Origin: the human T2T-CHM13v2.0 reference genome, Homo sapiens
Strand: one strand, 5' to 3'
Assembly (NCBI RefSeq): GCF_009914755.1
Contig: NC_060932.1
Length of the DNA stretch: 64,000 nucleotides
Shown here: positions 27,227 through 42,300 of the stretch, one piece after another
How positions within the stretch are numbered: position 1 is the first letter of the stretch
Layout: every line of letters begins with the position of its first letter
Notes under the pieces: generated by a model
The model's database searches: none
The model's input: only the letters and a program-made list of their open reading frames with translations
Told to the model about the DNA's origin: nothing
Program-made: the position numbers and the translations under genes

Positions 27227-30200
27227 GTATGGGTGCCAGTTTCATTCATTCTACAAGTACACACTATATATTTATATTCCAGTCTCTAATAATACCTAGA
27301 TGAATAATACATGATGTATACTTAGGAGAGAAAAGATTTTTTTTTAAAAGCTGTTTCCCTTCAGATTATCATATACTTGAGATAAACAACATCAGTAACA
27401 GAAAAAAAAAATAACATTGTAGTAAGGACAGGGAATCTATCCAAGTTTGACAGTGAGTCAAGTCACAGTAAACTTCTTGGAGGCGCTGAAATAATTTTAG
27501 TTTACTATGTAAAGGCATATCTGAGATTAGCTCATTTATCTGCATTTTTAAAGTAAAGTAGATTTCTAATTTCATTTTTGGTCTTTGTCTAGGAAAGATA
27601 TATCATTGAAAAATAGTATATAGATTCAGATAATGAGAGGCTCAAAGTACTGTTTCTTGGCAAAGCTAGTCTCTCCATTGTTATTTACATGAGATCTTGA
27701 AAAGATTGTCAAACAAGAATAGGTGAAATATTATAAGACATTAAGATGATGTTATCAAATAATATTTACTGAAATTGAAAAGTAATCGATGTAAAATTAA
27801 TTTTAAAACAATGTCTAAGACAGTGTTATGTATTTCATTCATATGAGGATGTAAAGAACTAGCAAAGAATGCCGACTTCCATTTCCCCATCTTGCCCCAA
27901 CTCAAGAGATACCATGAAAGATGAGAGTATGTGGATCTTCAAACCAAATAAAAAAGACAAAGAAATCCATGGAAAATTGAAGGAAGGTTGTCAAATGAGA
28001 ATATCCCAGCCCAGAGTAAAGAAGGTTTGAATGCCACAGTGTGGGGATAGTTTAGGTGAAAGTTTTCCCCTCCCTAACAACATAAAAAGGACAAACAGCA
28101 ACACTGGTCCAGGAGTATAAAGTCTGCCAGAGTTTCAACACAGCAATGTTAAGACGGGATGAGAAGCAGATGAAGAGGTCTAGGCAGGCTTCTCACCAGT
28201 GAGAACGCCCTGCTAATCACTCCGTTACTACACTCTGAGGAATGGGACATTAGAGTTTTAGAAGAATATCGGTGCCCAGAGTGAAAATATACAAAAGTCA
28301 GTGTATCTGATAAAAAAGTATGAAATAGAGGTAAGGGGAAAAGGAGAGAGTGGTTTTACCCTAAATTTTCTGTTCTTTTTTTTTTTTTTTTTCTATCATC
28401 GGACTTTCCCTATCCTTCTTCTCATACAACAGCAACCCTGCCATAAAAAGCCACAAGGGCTGGCAAAACTCAATCTTGATTTTTGGACCTCTGCTTTCCC
28501 ACGTTAAAAGCGGATAACTAAAGCTATCAGAGAAAATGAGATTTTGTACAAAAATAGGCGTAGATTGCTCTACTCTGGGGTACCAAAAACTCTATGCATG
28601 TAAGTCCTCTAAATTCTATTCATGTCTTGATATTTAAAAATGAATGAGATGGAAGTTTCAAAAATTTAAATGGTATATTGGAGTCTACTTTAGATTTCTA
28701 AATCTTTTTCATAGAGTAATAGTCCTCATTTTTGCATTTATTTTCTGCCTAAAGTTTTAAGGCAACATTTAATTTTTTTCACTTTGCCCATATATATACA
28801 AGAGGAATATAAAGTGCTAAAATATGTGCATTATATTTGCTTATATTCTTACATGATGAAGGAAAAATTAACAAAATGAAAATATTTATTAGCTGAGCTA
28901 ACACAAAGCACTCCTCCAAACTTTTGCAAACTGTGCTAACGTGATTATTTTTAATCCCATATTTTTGAGTGATAAATAAACTTTAGGAACTCAAAGCATT
29001 ATTTTTACACATTTAATCTTTCATTAATAAATCTTGAAGCAGCGCCTACCCCTCTTCCTTGTGAAGTGCTTGTTTTGCATTCCTTTTTGCCTGAGAGTCT
29101 TCTTCTCAGCAGTATTTCAGAACTGACAGTTTTGCTTGTGGTGATAAGAGCTTGAGGTCTCGGTAGCATGCTGAGTACTCCAGAGTTTCCAAAAAACAAA
29201 CGAAGGCCCTATACCTATAAAATCAGAAGATCAGCAAGGCACTGACAAACAGTGAGTTTTGCAGTGTGGTGAAAAGAATAAAGCAGGTAAATTAATCATA
29301 ATCTAGCCTTACCTTTGTAAAAAAAATTCAGGTTAGGCTATTTTGTATTATAGTTGGCCCTACCATTAATTTCTGATTTTGCTTTAAATTCTGGATGACA
29401 ACAGCCTGGAATAAATGCTGTTTATTTATAAAAGAGGTATAAATATATGCAAAACATTTCTAAAACTGTTTCTAAAACAGGTTTCTATATGCTTTGAAAT
29501 ATGCCCGAACAATATGTTTAGGAATAGTTAAATTAGGACAGTGAAAACTAATGAAGGACTAAATGGACCAACCATTATCTGACCCAGCAGCTGTTGATGT
29601 TGATAATAAACACTTTAAAAAAAAAATCAGGGTTTTTGAGTTTGTTTTGTTTTGTTTTTAATATGAGATATTCTGTAGACCCAAAACAGAAACACCTATT
29701 TCTTTTTTTTTTTTCCACAATGATTAAGTACAATCCAGGTTTTTCAGGCCTCCCCAACTGTCTCTATAGACAGGATTTTATAATAGGATTAACCAGGATG
29801 TCATAGCTTCTTTCCTATAACCTCAGATATAAAAACTGCAGTCTGTCAAACTAATCCTTCTAAATATTTCTGTGGCATCTTTTATGTGCTCTTGAGAATG
29901 GCTTCTCCCGCCAGTCATAGCTATCCCTAAAAGCAGGAGCTAAAGACAGTCTTACCCAACAAGCATCTCATCTTCTGCTCAAGCACTAGCTGAAGAGTTT
30001 CCAGGATAACAAAGCTCTTTCCTTTCAATTATTTTTCTTTCCCTTTCCTTTTCTGTTCCTTTCTTTCTTTCTTTACTTTTCTTTTTCTCTCTCTCCTTCT
30101 TTCTTTCCCTTTGGATATTAAAATAGGTATTTTAGAATACCTATACATTACAGATTCTTTATGCTATAACTCTTTAAAATTCCTTTTCTTTCTTTTTTTC

Positions 30201-30301
30201 TATTCCCCAGTCCATACAAGTTCAATAATTTCTGTACTAATAATATTTAAAGCACATTATTTAAGACTTAAGAAACCTCAACAGTAAATGCTAACCCATA
30301 A

Positions 30302-30557
<256 letters not shown>

Positions 30558-33281
30558 TAAATGCTACTTGTACACATTCTGATATGAAATATTTTATCTT
30601 AATTCTACAGTTGATATCTATTTAGTTACAGATCAAACTCAAGAGTCTTGCTTTTGGTGTGTGCCCTTTTTGTTGTTGGTCTACTTCTTCCTTCCTTGAA
30701 TACATACCACAGGGCCTTGTATAAAGCATGAATGAGCCCAGTGGAGGGGAACGAGTTACAATGTGGACAGCAAGCACTATACCAAACTCAGCATCTTCTC
30801 TTCTCCTCTAACAACCAAACATTTTTACTGGGTCATGTAGTGTTCTTGAATCACAGTAGCCTTATTAACCCTGATGTAAATCAGATTTGGTGACCTTCTC
30901 TTTCAGTTTTCCAGGCATATTAAAACATGTCTAATTTTGTTTATTCTTGAAATGTAAATATGCTATACCCACCTTATTTTATCTTTATTTTCAAAGTTTA
31001 ATAAGGTTGGTATATCCTTCTAGAACACAGTAACTAAAAAGTCTGAGTCAGACTTGCAGTTTTCCACTATTTATGTGATCTTTCATTTCAATTAAACTTG
31101 ATGAAAATATGCACCCCAAATAAAATAAACCTTGAAGAGAATTCTTGACTCTTTCACACTGGACTCATTATACAGCTTGGCTATACTAGGAAAATGTGTG
31201 TACGATCTTTTAATCAATAATCAAAGCTATCAGTTCTTACTAGAGATGGTTTTCAGATCCTGAATAGACATCACTGTGTATCAGTGAATCAAACACCTTC
31301 TTTGCATTCAGTAGGAGCATTATTATACAGATCAAATCAATCTAAGATGAAAAGCAGGGCAGCCATATTTAATGAGGAAGACAATAACAAAGTGGCAATG
31401 GAAGAGCTTTAGGAATATGTGTGGAGTTTTTTTTTCTCTCTCTCTCTCTTTTAGTAATATCTGCTGGAACCATGATTCTTTGGTGAGCTACTTCCCTTAC
31501 TGAATCATTTTTCTGTACCAGGTTAGCTGAAGAGGTAAATGGAGAATCGCTATCTCCAGCCCTTTTTATAAAGCATGACAATATTACACACAATAATGTT
31601 CTTAACCCTCTTATAATTTAATGAAAAATTGAAACAATGCACAGAAGCATGACATTTGATACATTGAAAGCTTCAAGTGAATAAATTTTCTAACAACTCC
31701 TAGCACCACTGACCCATGAGTTTTAGAAGGAATAAGAGCCTTGCTAAAAGCAGTATCATGAATGAATGAGTCATTTTGAAAATCTGACTCAGAGAACAAA
31801 AGTTCAGCCTCAGCCTTAAGACAATGACCCAAAGCATGTTGCATAGATAATTCAGCTGAATATTGAGATTTAGATTCCTCAGTTGCTTAATGAGCATTGT
31901 GACAGAATCATGTTAAATTCTCATGGTGAATATAGATAATTACCAAGCCAAATTATTTTCAAAATAAATCCTGGATAGTTTTTCTTTCAAGTCTCTTTTT
32001 TTCCCCCGATGGTATCCCACATGATCAAGTCAAATGTCTTGTTGAAATAAACTTCTTGTTTAAAAAAAATTCTAGTACCTAAACAGAGATAATAGGTCAT
32101 AAAGTAAACTTTAAAATTAGTACAGCTAATAGTATAAGAAGGATAAAATTATTTTATTGACATAATATACAGGCTGATCAGTGCAAAATAGAAGCAGAGA
32201 TCTGGAATGGTAAAACATAATAATTGAAATTCCAAACTCAGTAGATTTCATAGGTACCTGATTGAATGCAGGAATTTAGTCAGCTGGAATATTAAATCAA
32301 ATAATATTGTTTTGGCACAAAATTCAAACCAAAAAGAAAAGGAAGAGGTATCAAAGATCATCCCAAAAGCAGTAATATTTGACAAATGAGAACTACAAAT
32401 AGAGAAGAAAGATAAATTGGATGAGAGAAAGGGAAAGTTGTGCACTCTTGAAAAAAATATTAACAAAATGTTTTCTGAATTAAGTTAATTAAGACTCACC
32501 AAAGTAAGTAATAAACCAAGGACACTGCTACATCTAACTGTCAAAAAGAAAACAACTCATGAAAATAACTGTGTTTTTTTCTTAATAATTGTTAATGCAC
32601 TAGTATGTAATTCCTTATATAAAATTTGTTGATTAATTGTGTTTGAGAATTTCAGAACTTTTTAGACTTAACAAGATAACCTGGAATACCTTAAACTTCC
32701 ACGTCAAGAAAATTAGAGAAATAAGGGCTATTCAAATTAACATAAATCAGGAGAAATTATAGCAGAAAAATAAAGAAAATCAACAATACATACAGCTAGC
32801 TCTAAGACAACATCAATAAAATTGATAAAACTCCATTCAGGATAACCTGAGAAAAACACAAAAAAGAGAAGACGTTTCTGATATTAATTAAAAAGATTGG
32901 TTATTGCCACTGATCTTATGGACATTAAAAATAATAAAAAATACCATGATGAACTCTGTGCCCTCAAAATTGATAACTTAGATTTAACAGACTAATTCTA
33001 AGAAAGATGCAAATCACCAAAATTCACACTAGAAAAATAGATTTTATTAATGGCTCTGTATCTACCAAAAAGATTGATAATAATAAAATAATTATTAAAA
33101 TAATTAAAATTTATTATTTATTATAAAATAAATAACCATGCCAGAACAGCACCAGGTCCAGATGGTTTCACTGTTAAATTCTACTAAAGTTTTATGGGAA
33201 AAAATAACATTAATCCTCTACAATATTTTCTAGAATATACAAGTACAGGGAGCATTCCATAACTCATTCTCTGATGCCAAA

Positions 33282-33345
33282 ATTAACCTAATAATGAAAT
33301 AATGTAAAGACATTAACCTAATAATGAAATCATGTAAAGACATTA
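33282..33345. repeat. 30-bp tandem duplication within the L1
   Basis: attaacctaataatgaaat(a/c)atgtaaagac x2. Confidence 0.93.
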
Positions 33346-34350
33346 CAGTGGAGAAAAACTAACTACTCATTACCGCTATGAACATAGATACAAAAATGTT
33401 AACAAAATATTAGCAAATATAATTCATTACTGTATAAAAATAGTTATATACCATGCTCAAGTGGGATTTACTCCAGGTATGCAAAGCTAGTTCAACTTAA
33501 GAACACCAATCAATGAAATTTTCCATATCAATAGGCTAAAAAAGAAAAAGTATATATGATTATTTCAATATACTCAGAAAATTATTTTAACAAAATCCAA
33601 AACACATCCATGAAAACACTATAGAAAACTACAGATAGCATCACATAACACAGATAGTATCAACAAACCACAAATAGAGGGCATCTTCCTGAAATTGAGA
33701 AAGATCATTTACAAAAACCTACATCGAAAATCAAACAATGGTGAGAATCTAGGTGCTTTCCTCCTGAGATTATTAACAAAGCAGTTTTGTCTTCTTCTCT
33801 CACTACTCCTACTTAAGATTGCACAGGAATTTATACATAGGAAAATACAAAAAAAAAAAAACCTATCAAATGTATACAGATTGAAAGGAAAAAAAGAAAA
33901 CTGTCTTTATTTGCAGATGATATAAGATTATCAAGAAAATCCTAGAGAATATCCAAAAGTCTGCTGAAACTAGTAAGCAAGGACACACGATAAAAGATCA
34001 TTTAACAAAACTCAATTGCTTTTTTGAACATATGCAGTGAACTGCTGGAATTCAAAATTTTTAACCTTTCTTTTAAAATATCACTAAAAATAAATAATAA
34101 AAGATTAAAAACATGAACAAGATCTGTATGAAGAAAACTACCAATCACTGATGAAATAAATAAAAGAAAATATAAACAGAAAGACAGTCTATGTTAATGT
34201 ATTGGTAAAATTAAGATATAAATTCTTCCCAAATTTAACTAAAATTTCAATAAAATCTCCAGGAGTTATTTTGGAGATATTGATAAAATTGTTCACATGG
34301 AAAGGCAAAATATACAGCCAGCACAATACTGAGAAAGAAAAACAAATTGA

Positions 34351-34715
34351 GGCAGGGTATAGTGGTTTATGTTTGCAATCCCAGCACTTTTGGAGGACAA
34401 GAAAGGCTGATCAATTGAGGTCAGGAGTTCAAGACCAGCATGGCCAATAAAGTGAAACCCGACTCTTCTAAAAATCCAAAAAAATTAACTGGGCATGGTG
34501 GCACACACCTTTAATCTCAGCTACTTGGGAGGCAGAGGCAGGAGAATTGCTTGAAACAACAGTTGCAGTGAGCCAAGATGGTGCCATTGCACTCCAGCCT
34601 GGGTGACAGAGTGAGACTCAGTCCCCCCACCAAAAAAAAAGAAAAAATAAATAAGAAAAAAGGAAAGAAAGAAAGAAAGAAAGAAAGAGAAAGAAAGAAA
34701 GAAAGAAAAAGAAAA
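34351..34715 (+). mobile_element. AluS with (GAAA)n tail inserted in L1
   Basis: Alu body; flanks aaaaacaaattga / aaaaagcaaattgga form an approximate TSD. Confidence 0.9.
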
Positions 34716-36136
34716 AAGCAAATTGGAAGAAATACTCAATTTCAAGATTTAATATAAAGCTACTGTAATCAAGACAGTAAGATAATGGCAGCCAAATAGA
34801 AGGAAAACCAGTGGAACAGAATGGAAACCCCAGAAACCAACTAACATAAATTTGGTCACTTCATCTTTGATAAAGGCAAAAGGGTGATTAAATGGAGAAA
34901 GAATATTGTTTCCAAAAATGTGGCTGGAACAATTGAACTTATACTGAAAATGGACCACAGGCTTACATGTAAAATGTAAAACTATATAATGGCTGGAAGA
35001 AAACATGGGAGGAAATCTAGGTGACCTTGGTGCTGGTGTTGAGTTTTCAGATACATCAGTAAAGCATAATCAATAAAATAAAAAAAATTATTTTTACTAA
35101 AATTCAAACTTTCTTTTCTACAAAAAGTACTCGGAAGAATATTGAGAACAAAAAGACTAAAATTGTATATAAATTGTCCAACTTCAAAAATAATTGGCAG
35201 AACCAGAATGATAATTCAATTTTGTCTAAATTCTACAGAATTTAGAATCTAACTTACAGTATGGCAGTAACATGGTTAAACAGTATGTCAAAGTTATTAT
35301 AATATGTCTCAAATAATCAAAAAGCAGGTGTAAGGAAAGGAATAAATATGGCTGTTCATGTGCCCAAGATTAATTGGCAAGTTTCCAAATGATCTCATAT
35401 CTTTATTAGATCATATCTCAAATGAACATTTCTTTCTTGGTCTTTCAAATTGTGCATAAAAACATCTTGCTGCAAAACCTGATCATGCCTCATCAAATTT
35501 CATTATGTATTTAATTAAGATATTAATAAGACAACTCTGAAATTGAATGAGGAATTAACCTACTAGTTTATCGTTAATAGCCAAAATTACTACCCGCCCT
35601 CTACTTTCCTGCATCACACAGCACTTGGTAAATTAATTTTCACTTACTGATTTAAGTACTCTTCTATTATTTGTGAGAATTCTTCTCATATATTTTCTAA
35701 GAACCATTTAGAAATGGCTCATTTAATCTTTTTAAAACATAACAGTGTAATTTGAAACAGCATTTTGCTCTTTATGAAAATAAGCTCATTTAACACCCTT
35801 TATACTTAAGTTTCATGGTCCAGTTTTATTTAAATAGCAGCCCTAACAATAAGCAATTGATATACATCTATGATATTGGTCACACATTCTTTCCCTGCCA
35901 ACACATTTTCATTTAAATTGAAATACTAACAATGTTACCATTAAATTCAATTTACGTGTTTAAATTGAAGAGTGTTTTCTTAAGAATTATAGTTTGGAAT
36001 CAGTAAAAACTGGTGTTATAGAACTAATTTTAAAACTTTTTTATTTGGTAAAACTAGATGATTTTCATAGAAGCAAAATTGTAAAATATAGAAAATATAG
36101 AAAGATAAAAACATTCTTTTTTTCACTATATGGTCA

Positions 36137-36474
36137 TTTTTTTAACTTTTATTTTAATTTAACAGGTACAAGTGCAGGTTTGTTGCATAGGTCAACTTGC
36201 GTCTTGGGGATTTGCTGTACAGATTATTTCATCACCCAAGCATTGAGCCTAGTACCCATTAGCTATTTTTCCTGATCCTCCTCTCCCTCCCAACCTCCAC
36301 CCTCCAGAAGTCCCCAGTGTGTGTTGTTTCCTTCTGTGTGTTCATGTGTTCTCATCATTTTAGCTCCCAATTATAAGTGAGAACATGTAGTATTTGGTTT
36401 TCTGTTCTGAGGTTAGTTTGCTGAGGATAATGGCCTCCAGCTCCATTCATGTCCCTGAAAAGGACATGATCTCA
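36137..36474 (-). mobile_element. L1PA-type 3' end fragment
   Basis: gtgcaggtttgttgcataggt...tagctcccaattataagtgagaacatg...aaaggacatgatctca. Confidence 0.9.
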
Positions 36475-36724
36475 TAATTTCAAAATAGAACTAGAGTATA
36501 GAGAAAATGCATAAAAAAGCAATGTTTTTAATTTTTAGTATATGGATCTGAATTTAGAAGCAAGTGAATTAGAAACTGTAAAATATAAATAGATTAATGA
36601 TTATTTTAGTTTAATTATCATTTCAATTAATGTTTCTTTTTAATATGTGAAAAAATACTAAGGAAGAAAATATTCTGAAAAATGTGTCCCCAAATTAAAA
36701 CTATTTTGAATACAATTTACACAA

Positions 36725-37080
36725 CTTTTACCAGATTTATACCTAAGTATTTCATTATTTTGGATGCTATTGAAAGTGGTACTTTTTGTAATTTTTAATT
36801 TTTCCTTGCTTGCATGTAGAAATAGAAATAATTTTATTTATATTGATCTTATATTCTGAAATATTGCTAAAACCACTTATTCGTTCTAGTAGAGTTTTTG
36901 CAGATTGCATGTGATTTTCTACATACTCTATTTTGTTGTCTACAATACAAATATACTTTTTCAATTTAGATATATATTATCATACTGGCATACATACTGT
37001 ATTTTATGATGAATTACATTGAATTAATTTAACATTTTAAGCTAACACTGAGTTGGTGTGAAAAATTCCATTGACTCATA
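36725..37080 (-). mobile_element. Old L1M ORF2 fragment
   Basis: ORF 36767..36964 (-): IEYVENHMQSAKTLLERISGFSNISEYKININK resembles L1 ORF2 downstream of FADD. Confidence 0.75.
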
Positions 37081-37142
37081 TGTTATATGTAAATATACAT
37101 ATATACGTATATGTGTGTATATATATACATATTATATATATC

Positions 37143-37437
<295 letters not shown>

Positions 37438-37484
37438 TATAATCTCCCATATATATATATCCTATTAGTTAGGATATATATATC

Positions 37485-37529
<45 letters not shown>

Positions 37530-37612
37530 TATATATAGTTATATATATAGGAGATATATATATATCTCCTATTAGTTCTGTCTCTCTAGGGAACCCTACC
37601 TAATACAGATTT

Positions 37613-37630
37613 TGGTACCAGGAGTGGTCC
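37613..37630 (+). other. Primer binding site, tRNA-Leu
   Basis: TGGTACCAGGAGTGGTCC 5 nt after the LTR terminal CA. Confidence 0.85.
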
Positions 37631-37699
37631 TAGAGGAATAGAATATTAAGGATGGAATTCTTTAATTTGATTTTTTTTTTTTTGGAGTTAGCTGTTTAA

Positions 37700-39372
37700 T
37701 ATGATTAGACTGAAAAATGCTAAGAACCCTAATTCTAATAGTATGGAGAACACTGATAGTTCTTGGTGTTAACTGTTTAGAGAGTTATGCAAAATAAATG
37801 CATTTGACATTCCTAATTCACTGCTTGTGAGAGGTAAGGAGTTTAGTGATTCTATACACAATACTTTCGACCATATGTGGAGAACCAAGGAATGTAATGA
37901 AGCTAGTTGGTTGCTCCTAAGTTCAGTGGACAAAGTGATGAAAGAAAATGATGAACTCAGACATTCTGTCTCCTGGCTTCAGAAGCAGACACTGAGCCTC
38001 ATATCTGTTACGATTGCCCTGAGTGAGAGTCTTATCTCTTGTAGAAAAAGAGCTGAAATTGTAGAAAAACAGACACAAGCTCTTATCATGGGAGTGACTG
38101 ACCTGCAATAAAAGGTGCACGGACTGTCTCTCCAGGTGTCTATTAAAGTGAGGGCATTGATTGGAAAAGAATGGGACCCTGCAACTTGGAATCTGGATGT
38201 GTGGGAGGACCCTGATGAAGCTGAGTTAGTAAACTCTGACAAACCTGTATCAACAGAAGGAACAGCTTCCCCATTCCCAGTAGTGGCAACATTCCCTCCC
38301 GCTCATGCTGCCATCAGCCTTTCCACCTTTGTCTGAGGAGATAAACCCTGTGCTGCCTGAGCCAACCGTGATGGCCTCCCCTAAGGCAGTTGCCAGGCAA
38401 GGCAATGTTGATTCTCCTCAGGAGCCATCCCCAACACCTCTGTTTTCTTCTAGAACTATAACTAGACTAAAGTCCTGACAGGCCCCTAGAGGTGAGGTTG
38501 AGAGTGACCCATGAGGAGGTGTGTTACACTCAAAAAGAATTGCTTAAGTTCTCCAATTTATATAAACAGAAATCTAGAAAACAGGCATGGGAATGGATAT
38601 TAAGGGTATGGGATAATGGTGGAAGGAACATAGAGTTGGATCAGGCTGAATTTATTGATCTGGGCCCACTAAATAGGGACCCTGCATTTAATGTTGCAGC
38701 TTAGGGAGTTAAAAAAGGTTCTAATAGTTTGCTTGGTTGGCTGAGATATGAATTAAAAGATGGCCCTCTGTGAGCGAACTGGAAATGCCTGACCTCCTTT
38801 GGGTTAATGTAGAGGAAGGGATCCAAAGGCTTAGGGACATTGGGGTGCTGGAGTGGATTAGTCACTTTAGATCTACTCATCCCAGCTGGTAGGATCCAGA
38901 AGATATACCCTTGACCAATGCCTTGTAAAATAGATTTGTGTTGGTGGCATCTGCAACTTTGAAGAGCCCTGTAACTGCTCTTCTCCGTATGCCAGATCTA
39001 ACAAAGGGAACCATAGTCACTCAACTACAAACTTAAAATACAATGGGAATAATTTGATCCTGAGGTGGCAGAGGCCAGGTGGTAGCACTCGCCATGAAAG
39101 GCAAGGTGAGTGTAGTTACTGCAGTGGACAGCAGAGACAAAGCCACAGTCAGAATAGTCTGACTCATGTAGAGCTCTGGCATTGGCTAATTAATCACAGT
39201 GTTCCTAGAATATAAATTGATAGGAATTCTATTCCATTCCTACTTAATTTATATAAAGAGAAAACTTCTAGGTTGAATGGACTAAAGACTAATTTGAATT
39301 ATAAAAACAGAGAATCACGGCCCCTCAATTTCCAGACTTGAGTCAGTTTACAGACCCAGAACCCTTTGAATG
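37700..39372 (+). pseudogene. gag: HERV-L gag, disrupted by stops and frameshifts
   Basis: Fragments: WLLLSSVDKVMKENDELR; VRALIGKEWDPATWNLDVWEDP; YKQKSRKQAWEWILRVWDNGG. Confidence 0.9.
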
Positions 39373-39391
39373 AAAGGGAGGCTGGGTCCCC

Positions 39392-42300
39392 TTGAAGAAG
39401 GACCCCAGTATATTATTGACAATTTATGCAGTGAATCTTTCTCCCATCCTTCCCCAAGGAGACCTCTGGCCTTTTACCAGGGTAACTGTGCATTGGAGAA
39501 AGGGAAATGATCAGACATTTAGGGGACTACAGGACACTGTCTCTGAGCTGATGTTGATTCCAGGGGACCTAAAACATCATTGTGGTCCTCCAGCTCAAGT
39601 AGGGGCTTATGGAGGTCAGGTAATTGATGGAGTTTCAGCTCAGGTCCAACTTACAGTGTGACCAGTGGGTCCCCAGACTCATCCTGTGGTCATTTCCCCA
39701 GTGCCAGAATGCATAATTGGCAGAGACATATTGGCTCTCTAACTTGTAGGGTGAGGGCTATTATAGTGGGAAAGGCCAAATGGAAGCCATTAGAGCTACC
39801 TCTACCTAGAAAAATTGTAAATCAAAAACAATATTGCATCCCTGGAGGGACTGTGGAGATTAGTGCCACCATCAAAGACTTGAAAGGTGCAGGGGTGGTG
39901 ATTCCCACCACATCCCCATTCACTCTCCCATTTGGCCTCTGCAGAAGACAGATGGATCTTGGAGAATGACAGTGGATTATTGTAAGCTTAACCAAGTGGT
40001 GATTCTAATTCCAGCTGCTTTACCAGATGTGGTTTTGTTGTTTGAGCAAATAAACACATCTCCTAGTATCTGGTATGCAGCCACTGACTTGGCAAATGAC
40101 TTTTTCTTCATTTTTGTCCATAAGGCCAACCAGAAGCAATTTGTCTTCAGCTGGAAAAACAAGAAATATATGCTTACTGTCCTTCCTCAGGGTTATATCA
40201 TCTCTCTGGCTTTGTGTCATAATCTTATTCAGAGAGACCGTGATTGCTTTTCACTTCTGCAAGGTATCACACTGGTCCATTATATTGATCACATTAGGCT
40301 GATTGGATCCAGTGAGCAAGAAGTAGCAAACACACTGGACTTATTGATGACACATTTTCATGCCAGAAGATGGGTAATAAATCTGACTAAAATTCAGGAA
40401 TCTTCTACCTCAGTAAAATTTCTAGGGGTCCAGTGGTGTGGTGCCTGTTGAGATGTTCCTTCTAAGGTGAAGAATAAGTTGCTGCATTTGGCCCCTCCTA
40501 CAACCAAGAAAGAAGCATAATGCGTCATGGGCCTATTTGGATTTTGGAGGAAATATATTCCTCATTTGGGTGTGTTACTATGGCCCATTTATCAAGTGAA
40601 CCGAAAAGCTGCTGGTTTTGAGTGGTGTCCAGAACAGGAGACAGCTCTTCAACAGGTCCAGGCTGCTGTGCAGGCTGCTCTGCAACTTGGGCCATATGAC
40701 TCAGCAGATCCAATGGTGCTTGAGGTGTCAGTGGCAGATATGGATGCTGTTTGGAGCCTTTGGCAGGCCCCGATAGGTGAATTACCACAGAGGCCTCTAG
40801 GATTTTGGAGCAAGGCCCTGCCCTCTTCTGCAGATAACGACTCTCATTTTGAGGGACAGCTCTTGGCCTGTTACTGGGCTTTGGTGGAAACTCAGTGTTT
40901 GACTATGGGTTATCAAGTCATCATGCAACCTAAACTGCCTATTATGAACTGTGTGCTTTTTGAGCCATCTAGCCATAAAGTGGAATGCACAGCAGCATTC
41001 CATCATCAAATGGAAGTGGTATATATGTGATTGGGCTTGAGCAGGTCCTGAAAGCATAAGTAAGTTATATGAGGAAGTGGCTCAAATGCCCATTGTCTCC
41101 ATTCCTGCCACCCTGCCTTCTCTCCCCAAGACTGCACCCATGGCCTCATGGGGAGTTCACTGTGATCAGCTGACAGAGTAAGAGAAGACTAGGGCCCGGT
41201 TCACAGATGGTTCTGCATGATATGCAGGCACCACCCAAAAGTGGGCAGCTGCAGCACTACAGCCCCTTTCTAGGACTTCCCTGAAGGACAGCGGTGAAGG
41301 GAAATCTTCCCAGTGGGCAGAACTTCGAGCAGTGCACCTGGTTGTGCACTTTGCATGGAAGGAGAAATGGCCTGATGTGCGATTATATACTCATACATGG
41401 GTTGTAGCCAGTGGTTTGGCTGGATGGTCAGGGACTTGGAAGAAGCATTACTGGAAAATTGGTGACAAAGAAATTTGGGGAAGAGGTACGTAGATGAACC
41501 TCTCTGAGTGGCCAAAAACTGTGAAGATATTTGTATCCCATGTGAGTGCTCACCCATGGGTGACCTCAGCAGAGGAGGATTTTAATAATCAAGTGGATAG
41601 AATTACCTGTTCTGTGGACACCACTCAATCTCTTTCTCCAGCCACCTCTGTTATCACCCAATGGGCCCATGAACAAAGTGGCCATGATGGCAGGGTTTGA
41701 GGTTATGCATGGACTCAGCAACATGGTCTTCCATTCACCAAGATGAGTGTCCAATTTGCCAGAAGCAGAGATCAACACTGAGCCCTCGATTTGGCACCAT
41801 TCCTTGAGGTGATCAGCCAGCTACCTGGTGGAAGGTTGATTATATTGGACCTTTTCCATCAGGGAAAGGGCAGAAGTTTGTGTTCACTGAAATAGACACA
41901 TACTCCAGATATGGGTTTGTCTATTATGCACGCAATGCTTCTGCCAAGACTACCATCGTGGACTCATGGAATACCTTATCCACCATCATGGTATTCCACC
42001 CAGCATTCTCTCTGACCAAGGCACTGACTTTATGGCTACAGAAGTGTGGCAGTGGGCTCATGCTCATGGAATTCACTGGTCTTACCATGTTCCCCATCAT
42101 CCTGAAGGAGCTGGATTGATAGAATGGTGGAATGGACTTTTGAAGTCACAATTACAATGTTAACTAGGTGACAGCGCTTTGCAAGGATGGGGCAAAGTTC
42201 CCCAGATGGCTGTGTATGCTCTGAATCAGCATCCAATACACGGTACTGTTTCTCCCATAGGCAGGATTCATGGGTCCAGGAATCAAGGGGTGGAATTGGA

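Larger units (their letters stand above)
32150..35150 (+). mobile_element. Decayed L1M (ORF1 remnant plus ORF2 RT region), interrupted by an Alu
   Basis: ccaggtccagatggtttcactg (PGPDGFT); caagtgggatttactccaggtatgcaa (QVGFxPGMQ); tctttatttgcagatgatata (LFADD); aaagctactgtaatcaagacagt. Confidence 0.85.
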
